This document shows, in pieces, positions 1-9,011 of a stretch of DNA of 64,000 nucleotides (the stretch's first letter is position 1; each line of letters starts with the position of its first letter). The stretch is from a virus. Taxonomy: Duplodnaviria; Caudoviricetes. The notes beneath the pieces are model-generated. The model saw nothing but the letters and a program-made list of their open reading frames with translations, was not told the origin of the DNA and did not search any database. Made by a program: the position numbers and the translations under genes. Where the stretch lies: the IMG/VR virus record IMGVR_UViG_3300028172_000069, one strand, 5' to 3'.

Positions 1-65
1 AGATTGCGATGAAGCGAAAGGCCGAATATGAGGAGCGCAAGCGCTTCTACGGAGTTGACGAATGA
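1..65 (+). CDS. 5'-partial hypothetical protein (ends ...YEERKRFYGVDE)
   Basis: Open frame from position 3 to TGA 63-65, ATGA overlap with next gene. Confidence 0.55.
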   Translation, partial: IAMKRKAEYEERKRFYGVDE

Positions 66-442
66 CCCTGATCCATGTTGAAGTAGACGACGCACTCGCA
101 GCCAAACTCGACGGTGAACCAACCGTTCGTGGTCTGTCCATGGACGCTGCACTGGTAATGCTCGCCAAGCGCGCACTGCACTCGCTAGAGTTGGAGCGCA
201 GCCCGCACGTGTTCACCGCCAAGTGCCTTGAGCACATCGAGAAGTTTGAAATCGGCCGCAAGTTCCGCTTCATCGACGCAGTGCCACCACACACGTCGTT
301 TTGTTCGCAGGACCTGAAAGCTCTGGCCGCCGCGATCCGCAACTCACCTCTGGTGAAAGCGCACCCGCCAGAAGAAATCGACGCGCCAGGTATGCCGCTG
401 GGGCCAATATCGTTGCTTGAACGCATTCAACCAACCGAGTAA
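62..442 (+). CDS. hypothetical protein
   Basis: 126 aa ORF, ATGA-coupled, fits + strand tiling. Confidence 0.75.
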   Translation: MTLIHVEVDDALAAKLDGEPTVRGLSMDAALVMLAKRALHSLELERSPHVFTAKCLEHIEKFEIGRKFRFIDAVPPHTSFCSQDLKALAAAIRNSPLVKAHPPEEIDAPGMPLGPISLLERIQPTE

Positions 443-448
443 GGAAGC

Positions 449-859
449 ATGATGCTTCGCAGCAAGTTCCAAGCACCGAAACAGGTGCACGCAATACGGG
501 GAGAAATAGTTCGCATCTGCCACGACGATGACATGGCCAACTTCCGAGTCTTCGTCGGGCGCGAACTTGCAGGGCTTGCTACTGTGATGCACCGAGGCAC
601 CGATGTGTGGATTGAGGAGCTGTACACCGTTCCTTACCACCGTCGCAAGGGTGTTGCCAGTGCCATACTCGATCATCTGGCACGCTGGGAATTCACACGC
701 AACAAACCGCAGTACCTGCTGGTGTATATCGAGAACACCGATGCACACCGGCTTTACCTCAAGCTGGGCTTTGAGGAAGTCATGGGAAGTCAGACGATGC
801 TCACCATGAAGCGTCGAGCCGACTACCAGCCAACATCCACAGTGGAGTTTAACGAATGA
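449..859 (+). CDS. GNAT family acetyltransferase
   Basis: IEELYTVPYHRRKGVA (acetyl-CoA motif A) and NTDAHRLYLKLGF (motif B); AAGGAAG SD. Confidence 0.8.
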   Translation: MMLRSKFQAPKQVHAIRGEIVRICHDDDMANFRVFVGRELAGLATVMHRGTDVWIEELYTVPYHRRKGVASAILDHLARWEFTRNKPQYLLVYIENTDAHRLYLKLGFEEVMGSQTMLTMKRRADYQPTSTVEFNE

Positions 860-1287
860 GTCACAAGGAAGCTGTAGACGCGCATTACGCGCCGTATTAC
901 GAAAGCATCGACAAGGCACTCGACAAGAAAGCGGCACTCATGCCACTCCTATTCCTGACTCACGATTATCGCGAAGGCTTCAAGGCAACGATGAATCGCG
1001 AGCACCCGCGCAACCAGGAAGGCACTGCCATCCAGCACAACGTGCCGGGTACCCACACCAACTTCATCTGGCGTAACGGTGTGGGTACGGAAATGTCTGT
1101 GACCACGTCGTACATGGAGAGCAACGGGTTCATGCACATCGTCGTGCTGTACACCGAAGTCGGTCGCCCTGTCATTGTGATCGAGCGCTTCGTCGAGGGC
1201 CTGCCACCGTATTCCGCCGAGCAATCGGAGTTTGCGTGTGCGATGCTCTCCAACGTGTTTGACCGCCTCTGGCCAACTCCCGCCTAA
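856..1287 (+). CDS. hypothetical protein
   Basis: 143 aa, ATGA overlap. Confidence 0.75.
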   Translation: MSHKEAVDAHYAPYYESIDKALDKKAALMPLLFLTHDYREGFKATMNREHPRNQEGTAIQHNVPGTHTNFIWRNGVGTEMSVTTSYMESNGFMHIVVLYTEVGRPVIVIERFVEGLPPYSAEQSEFACAMLSNVFDRLWPTPA

Positions 1288-1293
1288 CTTCGC

Positions 1294-1315
1294 TGCCCAT
1301 TCGCAAGAGTGGGCA
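1294..1315 (+). other. intergenic hairpin with GCAA (GNRA) tetraloop, no U-tract
   Basis: TGCCCATTC-GCAA-GAGTGGGCA. Confidence 0.6.
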
Positions 1316-1339
1316 ACCGAGTAACCACAGGAGAGCAAT

Positions 1340-1657
1340 ATGAGCATGACAATTTGCCCAGTCAAGGGCGCTGTGAACGGTGTGCGTTTCGCACGCTTCT
1401 TTGTCCGAGTCGAAAGCCTCGATGCCCGCCCAGTCATCTGGCCAATCCCGCATCCGTATTGGCACACTGGATCCAACGACGAAGGTTGCATTGTTTGCGC
1501 CTACGTCGAAAGCGAGGAGCAGTTGCTCGCGCAGTGGCCCGAGGCCGAGAACATCGACTGGCAGGACGACGAGCCTGCACAAATCTACCAATTCACCGAG
1601 CGCTTCTACATGCCCGAGTGGTTCAAAGAACAATACAACGCGGAGAAATCGGAATGA
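1340..1657 (+). CDS. phage hypothetical protein
   Basis: 105 aa, AGGAG SD; RPVIWPIPHPYW motif recalled from phage hypotheticals. Confidence 0.75.
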   Translation: MSMTICPVKGAVNGVRFARFFVRVESLDARPVIWPIPHPYWHTGSNDEGCIVCAYVESEEQLLAQWPEAENIDWQDDEPAQIYQFTERFYMPEWFKEQYNAEKSE

Positions 1658-2358
1658 CCATCAAGGTACAGTCGAAAGCCGACGTCACCATCAACCTGTC
1701 GCAGAGCGAAGCTGCAAACATCGCACGGCAGGTTGTCGAGAACTGTGACGACCAGAACGCTGTGGTCGACATTGCTGTCCTCGCCATGGACAACCTGCTC
1801 CAGTCGCCAAGTGGTAGCAACTTGCTGCACGCAACGCTCGCAGCCCACGGCATGGAGCTCAATCACATTCCGGGCTGGGTGGCAGACGCAAACGTCCAGC
1901 AACGCACGCCCACCCGCACTGCCCGTGCAAGCAGCAACGTGCCACGGTTGCAGCGCATCAACAAACTGATCCAAGCCTTCGAGTTGTCGGAAGGTACGCT
2001 TGCTCAACTGGGTCTCTACGGGATTACCTATGCCGACGTGACCCAAGGCAACTGGCAACGGTTCATCGTTCCGGACGAGCTGGACGATCTGTGCAAGGCC
2101 ATCGAAGAGTACGTCCTGCAGCCAAAGAGCGTCGAGACCAACACGCAGCCTGAATCGCCGCGCACTGTGATGGTCGAGATTGCACTGCTGGAAGGTTTGT
2201 TCAACGTCACGCGCAATGACTACGCGCAAGCGGGCATTGCTCCTGAGCACATTCCTCACCTGCTGGATCGCAACACCGAAGGCTACATGACCTCAACGTT
2301 GCATGATATGCGCGAACTGCTCCGCGCCCACCTGCTGACAACACTCAAAGGGGAGTAA
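1654..2358 (+). CDS. hypothetical protein (start moved to ATG 1654, MTIKVQ)
   Basis: ATGA overlap with 1340-1657; GGAG SD. Confidence 0.75.
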   Translation: MTIKVQSKADVTINLSQSEAANIARQVVENCDDQNAVVDIAVLAMDNLLQSPSGSNLLHATLAAHGMELNHIPGWVADANVQQRTPTRTARASSNVPRLQRINKLIQAFELSEGTLAQLGLYGITYADVTQGNWQRFIVPDELDDLCKAIEEYVLQPKSVETNTQPESPRTVMVEIALLEGLFNVTRNDYAQAGIAPEHIPHLLDRNTEGYMTSTLHDMRELLRAHLLTTLKGE

Positions 2359-2365
2359 CCTAAAA

Positions 2366-2662
2366 ATGGCTGAACAAGTTTACCGTCGCCGCGTAGTTGC
2401 GACAATGTACCGTGGCCAAAGCAAAGAAGTGATCCTGGTTCGTCGCTATGCCTACTTCGACACTGCGATGCCGCGCATGGTCCAGCTGGCGATCAACTAC
2501 GCCAACGAAGGCGACTTCGTGATCTTCCACAGTGATGATTACGGTGTTGAAATCGGCACCCTGCGTGTGAACCGCGGGAACAAATATGACCTGACAATGA
2601 GCGAGCTGGTTAAGGCTAGCCCGAGCTTGTTGAAGTTGATGAATGAAGGTGGTTCACTATGA
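2366..2662 (+). CDS. hypothetical protein
   Basis: 98 aa, GGGGAG SD. Confidence 0.75.
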   Translation: MAEQVYRRRVVATMYRGQSKEVILVRRYAYFDTAMPRMVQLAINYANEGDFVIFHSDDYGVEIGTLRVNRGNKYDLTMSELVKASPSLLKLMNEGGSL

Positions 2663-3024
2663 CGTTGCCGATCGCTGTCACGCTCGACCAAGGCGTGGTC
2701 GATATGATTGCCAACGACAAGTTGGATGCCAACACTCCAGTCGATCGGGTAGTCAACCGTATCCTGCGCGAGCACTACCACGCCAAGCTCATGGCGTCCA
2801 TGCCGAACACCAAAGAAATCATCATCGGTAACCTGAAGAGCATTCAACCGTATGTGGACTTTGTTGTCACTGACGTGATGGATTCGATCCACAAACAAGA
2901 TGCGAAGAAGCGCGGCGATTACGGCCGGCAGTTGTCGCTGATGATTGCTCGGCGCGAAATCAGTGTCGTTGACATTGGTGAGAAGCGCGGCACACTCAAG
3001 GTCTACCGCAAAACTGGGGAGTAA
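2659..3024 (+). CDS. hypothetical protein
   Basis: 121 aa, ATGA overlap. Confidence 0.75.
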   Translation: MTLPIAVTLDQGVVDMIANDKLDANTPVDRVVNRILREHYHAKLMASMPNTKEIIIGNLKSIQPYVDFVVTDVMDSIHKQDAKKRGDYGRQLSLMIARREISVVDIGEKRGTLKVYRKTGE

Positions 3025-3030
3025 ACGAAC

Positions 3031-3396
3031 ATGGCACCATCAGCAATTGCAATCTACGCGACTGCCTTCCTTGTAACATTCACCTTGAGCTTGCTACGCG
3101 GGTTTCAAAATAAATCGGTAGCAGGTGGACACAAACGTCTCGCGTTCTTTGGCGGTGGTGCCATGCAAGCCTTAGAGAACACGGTGACCATCATGCTCGC
3201 CCACCAACTGGGTGACTACACGATCATCGCGTTTACCTCTTCAGGCTCCGCCTTCGGCTGGGTTGCAGGTATGTATCTGCACGACGCCATGCTGCGCAAG
3301 CGGCTGAAAGAGGCGAAGAAAGCCAAGAAGACCAAACGCCGCGAACAAATCGAAGCCATGCTCGATGAAAGGCTCAAGGAACTGGGCGTACTATGA
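3031..3396 (+). CDS. small multi-pass membrane protein with basic C-terminal tail
   Basis: 3-4 Gly/Ala/Phe-rich hydrophobic segments then RKRLKEAKKAKKTKRR. Confidence 0.75.
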   Translation: MAPSAIAIYATAFLVTFTLSLLRGFQNKSVAGGHKRLAFFGGGAMQALENTVTIMLAHQLGDYTIIAFTSSGSAFGWVAGMYLHDAMLRKRLKEAKKAKKTKRREQIEAMLDERLKELGVL

Positions 3397-3698
3397 AAAA
3401 GAAGTATGACCTGCTGACGCGCACACGCCGCTTCCCGCTGCGAGAGGAAATCTTCTCGGGTGGCGGTCCAGATGCAACTGCCGCGTTCAGTGTGACTCAG
3501 GAGAAGTTGCAGAAGCTGCACGATGCGGCTGTGAGCAGCCTCAACATTCAAGTGACCAAGCACGCACAGCGACTTGACTCCGAAGTGTTTGACCAAAACT
3601 ACTTCGCCACCTTCGTGGTGTATGAGGACCAGCCGTACATACAAGTCCGCACCACGTTCCAGTTGCGACCCAAGCGTAAGCTGGCTCTTGTCAAGTAA
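3393..3698 (+). CDS. hypothetical protein
   Basis: 101 aa, overlaps previous stop. Confidence 0.7.
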   Translation: MKKKYDLLTRTRRFPLREEIFSGGGPDATAAFSVTQEKLQKLHDAAVSSLNIQVTKHAQRLDSEVFDQNYFATFVVYEDQPYIQVRTTFQLRPKRKLALVK

Positions 3699-3707
3699 GG
3701 AATACCC

Positions 3708-4016
3708 ATGAGCAGAAGTGACAACCCATACGAGGTTGCCCTGACGATTGACGTGCTCCAGAAGCTCGCGACGGCCAGTGTAAACAATACAGTGATCGAC
3801 TACCCAGAGCACTTCACCCACGTGGTCGTGTTCGACTTCCCCGATAAGCTGGTCGAGGCTGCGATTACCCACACGGTGATGGACGGCTTCCTCGAGTACG
3901 ACAACGTGATGCGGGTGAAGTGCGGTCAGTGCGTGTTGACCAATGCAAACGGGGCTGGTGGCTTCCAAGAGCACCTGCAGCGCTATGAAATGCGAGTTAT
4001 TCAACTGAGGAAGTGA
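3708..4016 (+). CDS. hypothetical protein
   Basis: 102 aa, TAAGGA SD. Confidence 0.75.
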   Translation: MSRSDNPYEVALTIDVLQKLATASVNNTVIDYPEHFTHVVVFDFPDKLVEAAITHTVMDGFLEYDNVMRVKCGQCVLTNANGAGGFQEHLQRYEMRVIQLRK

Positions 4017-4465
4017 CCATGTGTCGTGTAGCATTGCTAGCCAAGCGTGACGGCAAGCCGAAGAAGCTCAACGATTTCACCAGCGACCAGCTGATCGAAG
4101 TGGTTGACGCCTGCCGTCCGTTCTTGACTATGTTCACGTCGGCAACCTGTGGCGATGACATTAAGAAGCTCGCCAACATCAAGAAAAAGAAGCGCGTGGT
4201 GTTTGACTCCCGTGCGCTCCTCGAATTCCACATCGTGGTGTGCGAAGTCATGCAGAACGTGGTGCGCCGGTTCAGCTACGATGCACGCTTGCTGCTGGGT
4301 GATGGTCTGCTGGCAGGTGAGACGCCGGAGCAGATCGCCGCGAAGTTTAACGGCATGCACGAGTTCACGTCGCTGCGCAGCTTCACCAAGCTGATCCGCG
4401 TGACCAACTACTTCGTCGCCAACCCAGGTGCTGAACTGATTTTCGAGGTAGAGAACGATGCCTAA
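4013..4465 (+). CDS. hypothetical protein
   Basis: 150 aa, GTGA overlap, GAGGA SD. Confidence 0.7.
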   Translation: MTMCRVALLAKRDGKPKKLNDFTSDQLIEVVDACRPFLTMFTSATCGDDIKKLANIKKKKRVVFDSRALLEFHIVVCEVMQNVVRRFSYDARLLLGDGLLAGETPEQIAAKFNGMHEFTSLRSFTKLIRVTNYFVANPGAELIFEVENDA

Positions 4466-4820
4466 GATTGGACGGGTCAAGACCCAGGAAGAAATGCGGA
4501 TGAACGAGTGGTACACCGACGCCACGTTCGTCGGCCATGTCGAGTGGCAAGTGGCTATCGCAGAAGACGGTACGCCATCGCTGGTGATGCCAGAAGAGGT
4601 GCAGGCTGACTTCCGTGCGCTGCGCACGCAACTGCACGACCGCATCCGCAAGTTCGCCCAAGAGGCTGGCGTCAGCATCGTCCAGCTGAGCGACGTGGTC
4701 ACCATAGAATCGGACAACACCAACGCGGTTGCTGCCTCGTGCTTCCAAGAAGGTGCCTACCTCACCATCACTACCTACGTTGTACACGACGGACAAGGGG
4801 ACGAAGAACATGAAGGCTAA
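4458..4820 (+). CDS. hypothetical protein
   Basis: 120 aa, GAGGT SD. Confidence 0.7.
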   Translation: MPKIGRVKTQEEMRMNEWYTDATFVGHVEWQVAIAEDGTPSLVMPEEVQADFRALRTQLHDRIRKFAQEAGVSIVQLSDVVTIESDNTNAVAASCFQEGAYLTITTYVVHDGQGDEEHEG

Positions 4821-5610
4821 CATCCAGATCGTATCACCTGTGGAACTCGCAAACTTCATTGCGCGCAGCGTCTCGCACAAGCAACCGTTTGAACTCCCCG
4901 ACTGGTGCAGCGTGATCGTCACGTTTACCGCAGGCGAGCGCTCGCGCGACTTCGAGTTTGCCTACATCGCCAACCGCAAGACCGAGCAGATGAAGGTGCG
5001 TCTGAACTGCTACGACCTGTGGTTGCTGGACGATCCGACCTACGACCGCGTCAAGGCCGAACTCGAACACTTGATGATCCAGTGGAACATCCGTCGTGTG
5101 ACACCGTCCACGCATCAGCACAAGTCGAGCTTGAGCGACGCCATTCGCAACGACCTGGATGATCGCATCGCCAACCGCAACATCGAGCCCGAGAAGAAGT
5201 ACAAGGGCCACGAAATGAACGAGTACCTGAACTTGTTCGCGCGCTTCCCGCCAGACAGTGCTGGCTTGTTCCGTACGACTGCGTTGCCGCTGCCGAAAGA
5301 AGCTGACATCGGCGCATGGACATATCCGTTCCCTGTCATCACCACGGCAATCGGCTACAAGCGCATGGACTTCGTCAAGGCAGTGCGCAAGTTGCAAGAC
5401 TCGCCTGAGGTCGAGAAGAACGTCTACCGCACGATCTACATTGACCCGTGGACTGGCAAGAGCAAGACGCTGTGCATGTACAAGTTGGGTAACTGGACCT
5501 GGCGCGACGACTATATCGACTACCTCGAACTCGGTGTGCTGCCGACCCGCGAGTTTTACAAGATGGTGACAGGCAAGACGCTTGACACCCTGGTGGAGAA
5601 CAACGAATGA
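4810..5610 (+). CDS. hypothetical protein (start moved to ATG 4810, MKANIQ)
   Basis: AAGGGG SD, tiling with neighbours. Confidence 0.75.
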   Translation: MKANIQIVSPVELANFIARSVSHKQPFELPDWCSVIVTFTAGERSRDFEFAYIANRKTEQMKVRLNCYDLWLLDDPTYDRVKAELEHLMIQWNIRRVTPSTHQHKSSLSDAIRNDLDDRIANRNIEPEKKYKGHEMNEYLNLFARFPPDSAGLFRTTALPLPKEADIGAWTYPFPVITTAIGYKRMDFVKAVRKLQDSPEVEKNVYRTIYIDPWTGKSKTLCMYKLGNWTWRDDYIDYLELGVLPTREFYKMVTGKTLDTLVENNE

Positions 5611-6116
5611 CCGAGCACGAAGAAGACCTGCGCAACCAACTGCGCGACGCCATCAGCACCACAGTGCGCAGCGAAGGCTACAGCTACGATGCCGACTCCA
5701 TCCACACCATCACCGACAAGGTCATGGAAGTGGTGTTCACCGCAGGCCAAGACTCGCCCGTGTACCGCAACATCATCGCCTTCATGAACGTCTTGGGCGA
5801 GAAGGCTCTGGACAAGACTGACCTCTCGGCGCTCAAGCGTGTACGCAGCTACATCAAGGACTGCGGCTTCGACTGGAAGGCATTCTACGAATTCGGCCGC
5901 ACTGAAACTCGCAGGCTGGACATTATCCGCCTGCAAGAAGTCAGCGAAGAACTACGCGAGGCCCTCGACGCCCGCAACGTCCTGCTCAAACTCCGTGGCC
6001 GTTACAGCGACGTGAAGGAGAGCAAGGAACTCAACAAGAAGATCAGCTCGCTGGAGACCGAACTCAGTCGTCTCGCCAGCCTGTACCCAGACCATGCTAC
6101 GGACCTTTGCGAATGA
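5607..6116 (+). CDS. hypothetical protein, C-terminal coiled coil
   Basis: 169 aa, ATGA overlap. Confidence 0.75.
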   Translation: MTEHEEDLRNQLRDAISTTVRSEGYSYDADSIHTITDKVMEVVFTAGQDSPVYRNIIAFMNVLGEKALDKTDLSALKRVRSYIKDCGFDWKAFYEFGRTETRRLDIIRLQEVSEELREALDARNVLLKLRGRYSDVKESKELNKKISSLETELSRLASLYPDHATDLCE

Positions 6117-6496
6117 ATAGCAGTCAAGAACGCGCCCTTGTAATCTCAGCCAACCCGCTTGTGTGGCAGATGCACGAATCTAATGCCGTGCAACTCCTTC
6201 GTGGTGAAGTGCTGGATAACGGTAACGTCATGCTGCACACGCGCTCCTTCATGGACGTGCTGGAAATTCTGCTCCCGAAGAAATTCAACGAGGAGCTCTT
6301 CCGTGCGATCAATGGCGGGCTGCGCGAGAAGTTTGAGTTTGTACGCCTCACCTCAATGCGCACCATCATCCGACCCCGTGGCAGCGTGCTGGTGAAAGAT
6401 CGCCAGCTCACCATTCGGCACACTGTTCGCGGCATCGACTACATCGTGCTCTTCCCAGGCAAAGAGCGCAAGAAGAAGAAACGGAGCAAAAGCTGA
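6113..6496 (+). CDS. hypothetical protein with Lys-rich C-terminus
   Basis: ATGA overlap at 6113. Confidence 0.7.
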   Translation: MNSSQERALVISANPLVWQMHESNAVQLLRGEVLDNGNVMLHTRSFMDVLEILLPKKFNEELFRAINGGLREKFEFVRLTSMRTIIRPRGSVLVKDRQLTIRHTVRGIDYIVLFPGKERKKKKRSKS

Positions 6497-6702
6497 TGAC
6501 CTTCCGCCTCATCATTCGTGGTCACTTGCTCACGCAGGCGCAGTTGAACGCGCTGGTGCCTGTGATGAACAAGGACCTCAACGGCGACTACGCGAGTACC
6601 GCCGAGTACCAAGCAGCAATCGAACAGGCCTGTGCGGATGCAGGTCACCCAATCCCAGAGGGCGAAGGCCCTCACCAGAAGGACGATACCAATGCCTCGT
6701 AG
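6496..6702 (+). CDS. hypothetical protein
   Basis: 68 aa, TGATG overlap. Confidence 0.65.
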   Translation: MTFRLIIRGHLLTQAQLNALVPVMNKDLNGDYASTAEYQAAIEQACADAGHPIPEGEGPHQKDDTNAS

Positions 6703-6913
6703 TTTCCCTGATATGGAAAGCTTGGAGCGTGCAGCGCAGTGCCACAACTTCCGCCAGAAGTTGAAGTCGGAGTCTGAGGAAGACTACCGCAACGCGCTCG
6801 CTGACCACGTGCGCCACATCGACCCAGTCGAGTCGACCGAGATTCGCTCGGGCAAAGGCTGGAATGCGCAGTCGCCCATGGAGCTGCTCGGCCATCTTGG
6901 CCTCAAGCTCTAG
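6692..6913 (+). CDS. hypothetical protein (MPRSFPDMESL...)
   Basis: ATG 6692 with AAGGA SD. Confidence 0.65.
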   Translation: MPRSFPDMESLERAAQCHNFRQKLKSESEEDYRNALADHVRHIDPVESTEIRSGKGWNAQSPMELLGHLGLKL

Positions 6914-6922
6914 CGAGGAATC

Positions 6923-7138
6923 ATGGCTGTAGGATGGGCTAAAGAAGGCGACGGAGTCCTCGAGTCTGAGAACGAAGTCGCCGAGGGTGTACACAACGTC
7001 CGGGAGCAACTCAAGCTCTCGGAAGGTAGTACCAAGCAAACTCACTGCATCGACTGCGGTGATGAAATTCTCCCGCAGCGTTTGGCAATCTTCCCGTTTG
7101 CCCAGCGCTGCACACATTGTCAATCGTACCTAGACTAG
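6923..7138 (+). CDS. TraR/DksA C4-type zinc finger protein, YbiI-like
   Basis: MAVGWA N-terminus; CIDCGDEILPQR...CTHCQ C4 finger; GAGGA SD. Confidence 0.85.
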   Translation: MAVGWAKEGDGVLESENEVAEGVHNVREQLKLSEGSTKQTHCIDCGDEILPQRLAIFPFAQRCTHCQSYLD

Positions 7139-7147
7139 GACACCATC

Positions 7148-7495
7148 ATGCCTGTATTGGATCGCGCCACCGTTGCTGCAACCCTGCTGGTCAAAGTGAA
7201 GACCAAACTCGGCAAAGCTGTTCCCGAGTACGCCAAGAAGATTGCGAACTGGGACCCGCACACTATCGCCGAAGGGCAGCGTGCGCAAGCCGAGCTGGAG
7301 AAGCTGCTCACCCAGATGCGTCGCAGCCAGCGTCACAAGCTGTTTGAAGAAATGCCGAAGCTGGCACTCTGGTACGAACTGTACACCACCTGCGACCGTG
7401 ATACGACGTGCGCTGAACTCACCAACCATCTGGATCGCCCAGCGTCCAAGGTCCGTGAGGAGTATGCAGCCAAGCGTGCGGGTGTGCCTGCATGA
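7148..7495 (+). CDS. hypothetical protein
   Basis: 115 aa, AGGA SD. Confidence 0.7.
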   Translation: MPVLDRATVAATLLVKVKTKLGKAVPEYAKKIANWDPHTIAEGQRAQAELEKLLTQMRRSQRHKLFEEMPKLALWYELYTTCDRDTTCAELTNHLDRPASKVREEYAAKRAGVPA

Positions 7496-7926
7496 ATCTG
7501 TTCATCGTGTTTGCCGCGCGCAATGCCGCGTTCGTGAAGGCGCTGACTGAGCAGCAGGTCGAGGAGTATGTGGACACCGTGAAGACGGATCGCCTCAATT
7601 GGCTGTCCACTTTCACTGTCGGGCGCAACGTCATGGGCCTGCGCGATATGAGCCGCGCTCAAGTCGTCGAACTGGTCGAGACCATGCCTGGCTATGACGT
7701 GTTTAGCGGTATGAGCGAGTGCGTGTTTGTCGTCACCCAGCATCCAATGAGCCGTGACCACTATCGCACTGGCCGTTGTGACCTCGAAATGGTTGACTCG
7801 GCGTTGTTGATCGAGCGCCACATCAGTTCGACCGCAATCTACACTGGCTTGATGCGCACGCAACTAGAGCCTGCGAAGGCCCGTGAGTTCCGCACCAAAG
7901 CCCGCAAGATCGACGTTGTCCAATAA
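7492..7926 (+). CDS. hypothetical protein
   Basis: 144 aa, ATGA overlap; N-terminus MNLFIVF resembles next gene MNLFAVF. Confidence 0.7.
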   Translation: MNLFIVFAARNAAFVKALTEQQVEEYVDTVKTDRLNWLSTFTVGRNVMGLRDMSRAQVVELVETMPGYDVFSGMSECVFVVTQHPMSRDHYRTGRCDLEMVDSALLIERHISSTAIYTGLMRTQLEPAKAREFRTKARKIDVVQ

Positions 7927-7937
7927 GGAAATCGAAC

Positions 7938-8375
7938 ATGAACCTGTTTGCCGTATTCTTCTTCCCTGTGCAGCACCCGATTGCTGTCGCACCTCACTTC
8001 GCCGGCTACCTAAAGCAAGCCCGTGTGGGTGAGAATTCTCCAGCTGCGGACACTGTCGCGCTGGTTGTTGGCCGTCACACTGGCAGCGCCTACTCGCATG
8101 TGAACGAGAAGGTCTACCACCAGCTGGTAAACAATCGCTGGCGCGAAGAAGCGGGTGGCATCGTGCTGATCGGCAGTGTCGATATGAACAGCGTGCAGAC
8201 GTTCAAGGACCGCTGGTTCAGCAAAGAGGACGATCAGGTGGCTGACGCAGCACTACGCCACATGAACAACCTGCCGCCGATCTACACGGGCGAACTGTGC
8301 AACTTCCGTGATCCTGCCGCACCGTACTGCATTGGTCGTGACCCACTGAGCAATCGGGAGCCTCACCGTGGATAA
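7938..8375 (+). CDS. hypothetical protein
   Basis: 145 aa, TAAGGA SD. Confidence 0.7.
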   Translation: MNLFAVFFFPVQHPIAVAPHFAGYLKQARVGENSPAADTVALVVGRHTGSAYSHVNEKVYHQLVNNRWREEAGGIVLIGSVDMNSVQTFKDRWFSKEDDQVADAALRHMNNLPPIYTGELCNFRDPAAPYCIGRDPLSNREPHRG

Positions 8376-8961
8376 CCAGAAGACGTTCCCGATCCTGAGC
8401 ACAGACAAGTCGAATCAGGCAGTACCATACTCGCTTGTGTTGAGCCACGAAGAGCAGGCGCTCAAGAATCATGGGCAGAGCGTTGCCCAGCTTGCACGTC
8501 GCGGTGGCCTGTCGTGGGGTGAACTGATGTGCGTGCTGCGCGACGAGAACCTGTTCTCCACGTACGGGCAGAGTCTGCACCAGAACGAACCCAAAGCGTA
8601 CCGCGAGTACCAACGGTTCATCGAGGAGTTTACGCAGCCGGAGAAGTTTCCCGATCCGGCCGCCTGCCTCGAAGCGTTGCTCAAGTTCATTCCGAAGACC
8701 CAGAAGAATGCGGAACTCCAGCGCGTGGTCGACGATTGCCGTAAGGCTGTCGCCGCCAGCAAGAACAGCACGCTGCGCTATGTCTGGCTGAACCTCGAAG
8801 ATGGCAGCTTCTCCGAGTCGTGGACGCGCACTGACCTTGCAGACCCAGAAGGGCTTGCGCATGACGTGACCCGTACGGCCCAACCGTTGTACAAGTTAAT
8901 CGAATATCGTTGCCTGAGCGACGCTGACTTCCAGTTCTCGCGCCACATGAAACTGCGCTAA
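8368..8961 (+). CDS. hypothetical protein
   Basis: 197 aa, GTG start with GGGAG SD. Confidence 0.7.
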   Translation: MDNQKTFPILSTDKSNQAVPYSLVLSHEEQALKNHGQSVAQLARRGGLSWGELMCVLRDENLFSTYGQSLHQNEPKAYREYQRFIEEFTQPEKFPDPAACLEALLKFIPKTQKNAELQRVVDDCRKAVAASKNSTLRYVWLNLEDGSFSESWTRTDLADPEGLAHDVTRTAQPLYKLIEYRCLSDADFQFSRHMKLR

Positions 8962-8976
8962 CTGTAAACAGTAGTC
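8961..8976 (-). promoter_or_regulatory. palindromic motif copy 1 (reverse complement GACTACTGTTTACAGT)
   Basis: ACTG-N4-CAGT core plus ACT flank, upstream of 9012 gene; matches 14001, 14440, 21478. Confidence 0.6.
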
Positions 8977-9011
8977 GCGTGCAACACCTCACCGAACAAA
9001 GGACTATAGCT

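Noticed and set aside
1309-1653. N-terminal extension of the 349-aa ORF (also extensions at 4729, 15575, 25223, 26983, 32080, 40779, 43817, 54456)
   Set aside because: They overlap better-supported genes or non-coding signals; internal starts with SDs and ATGA coupling fit better
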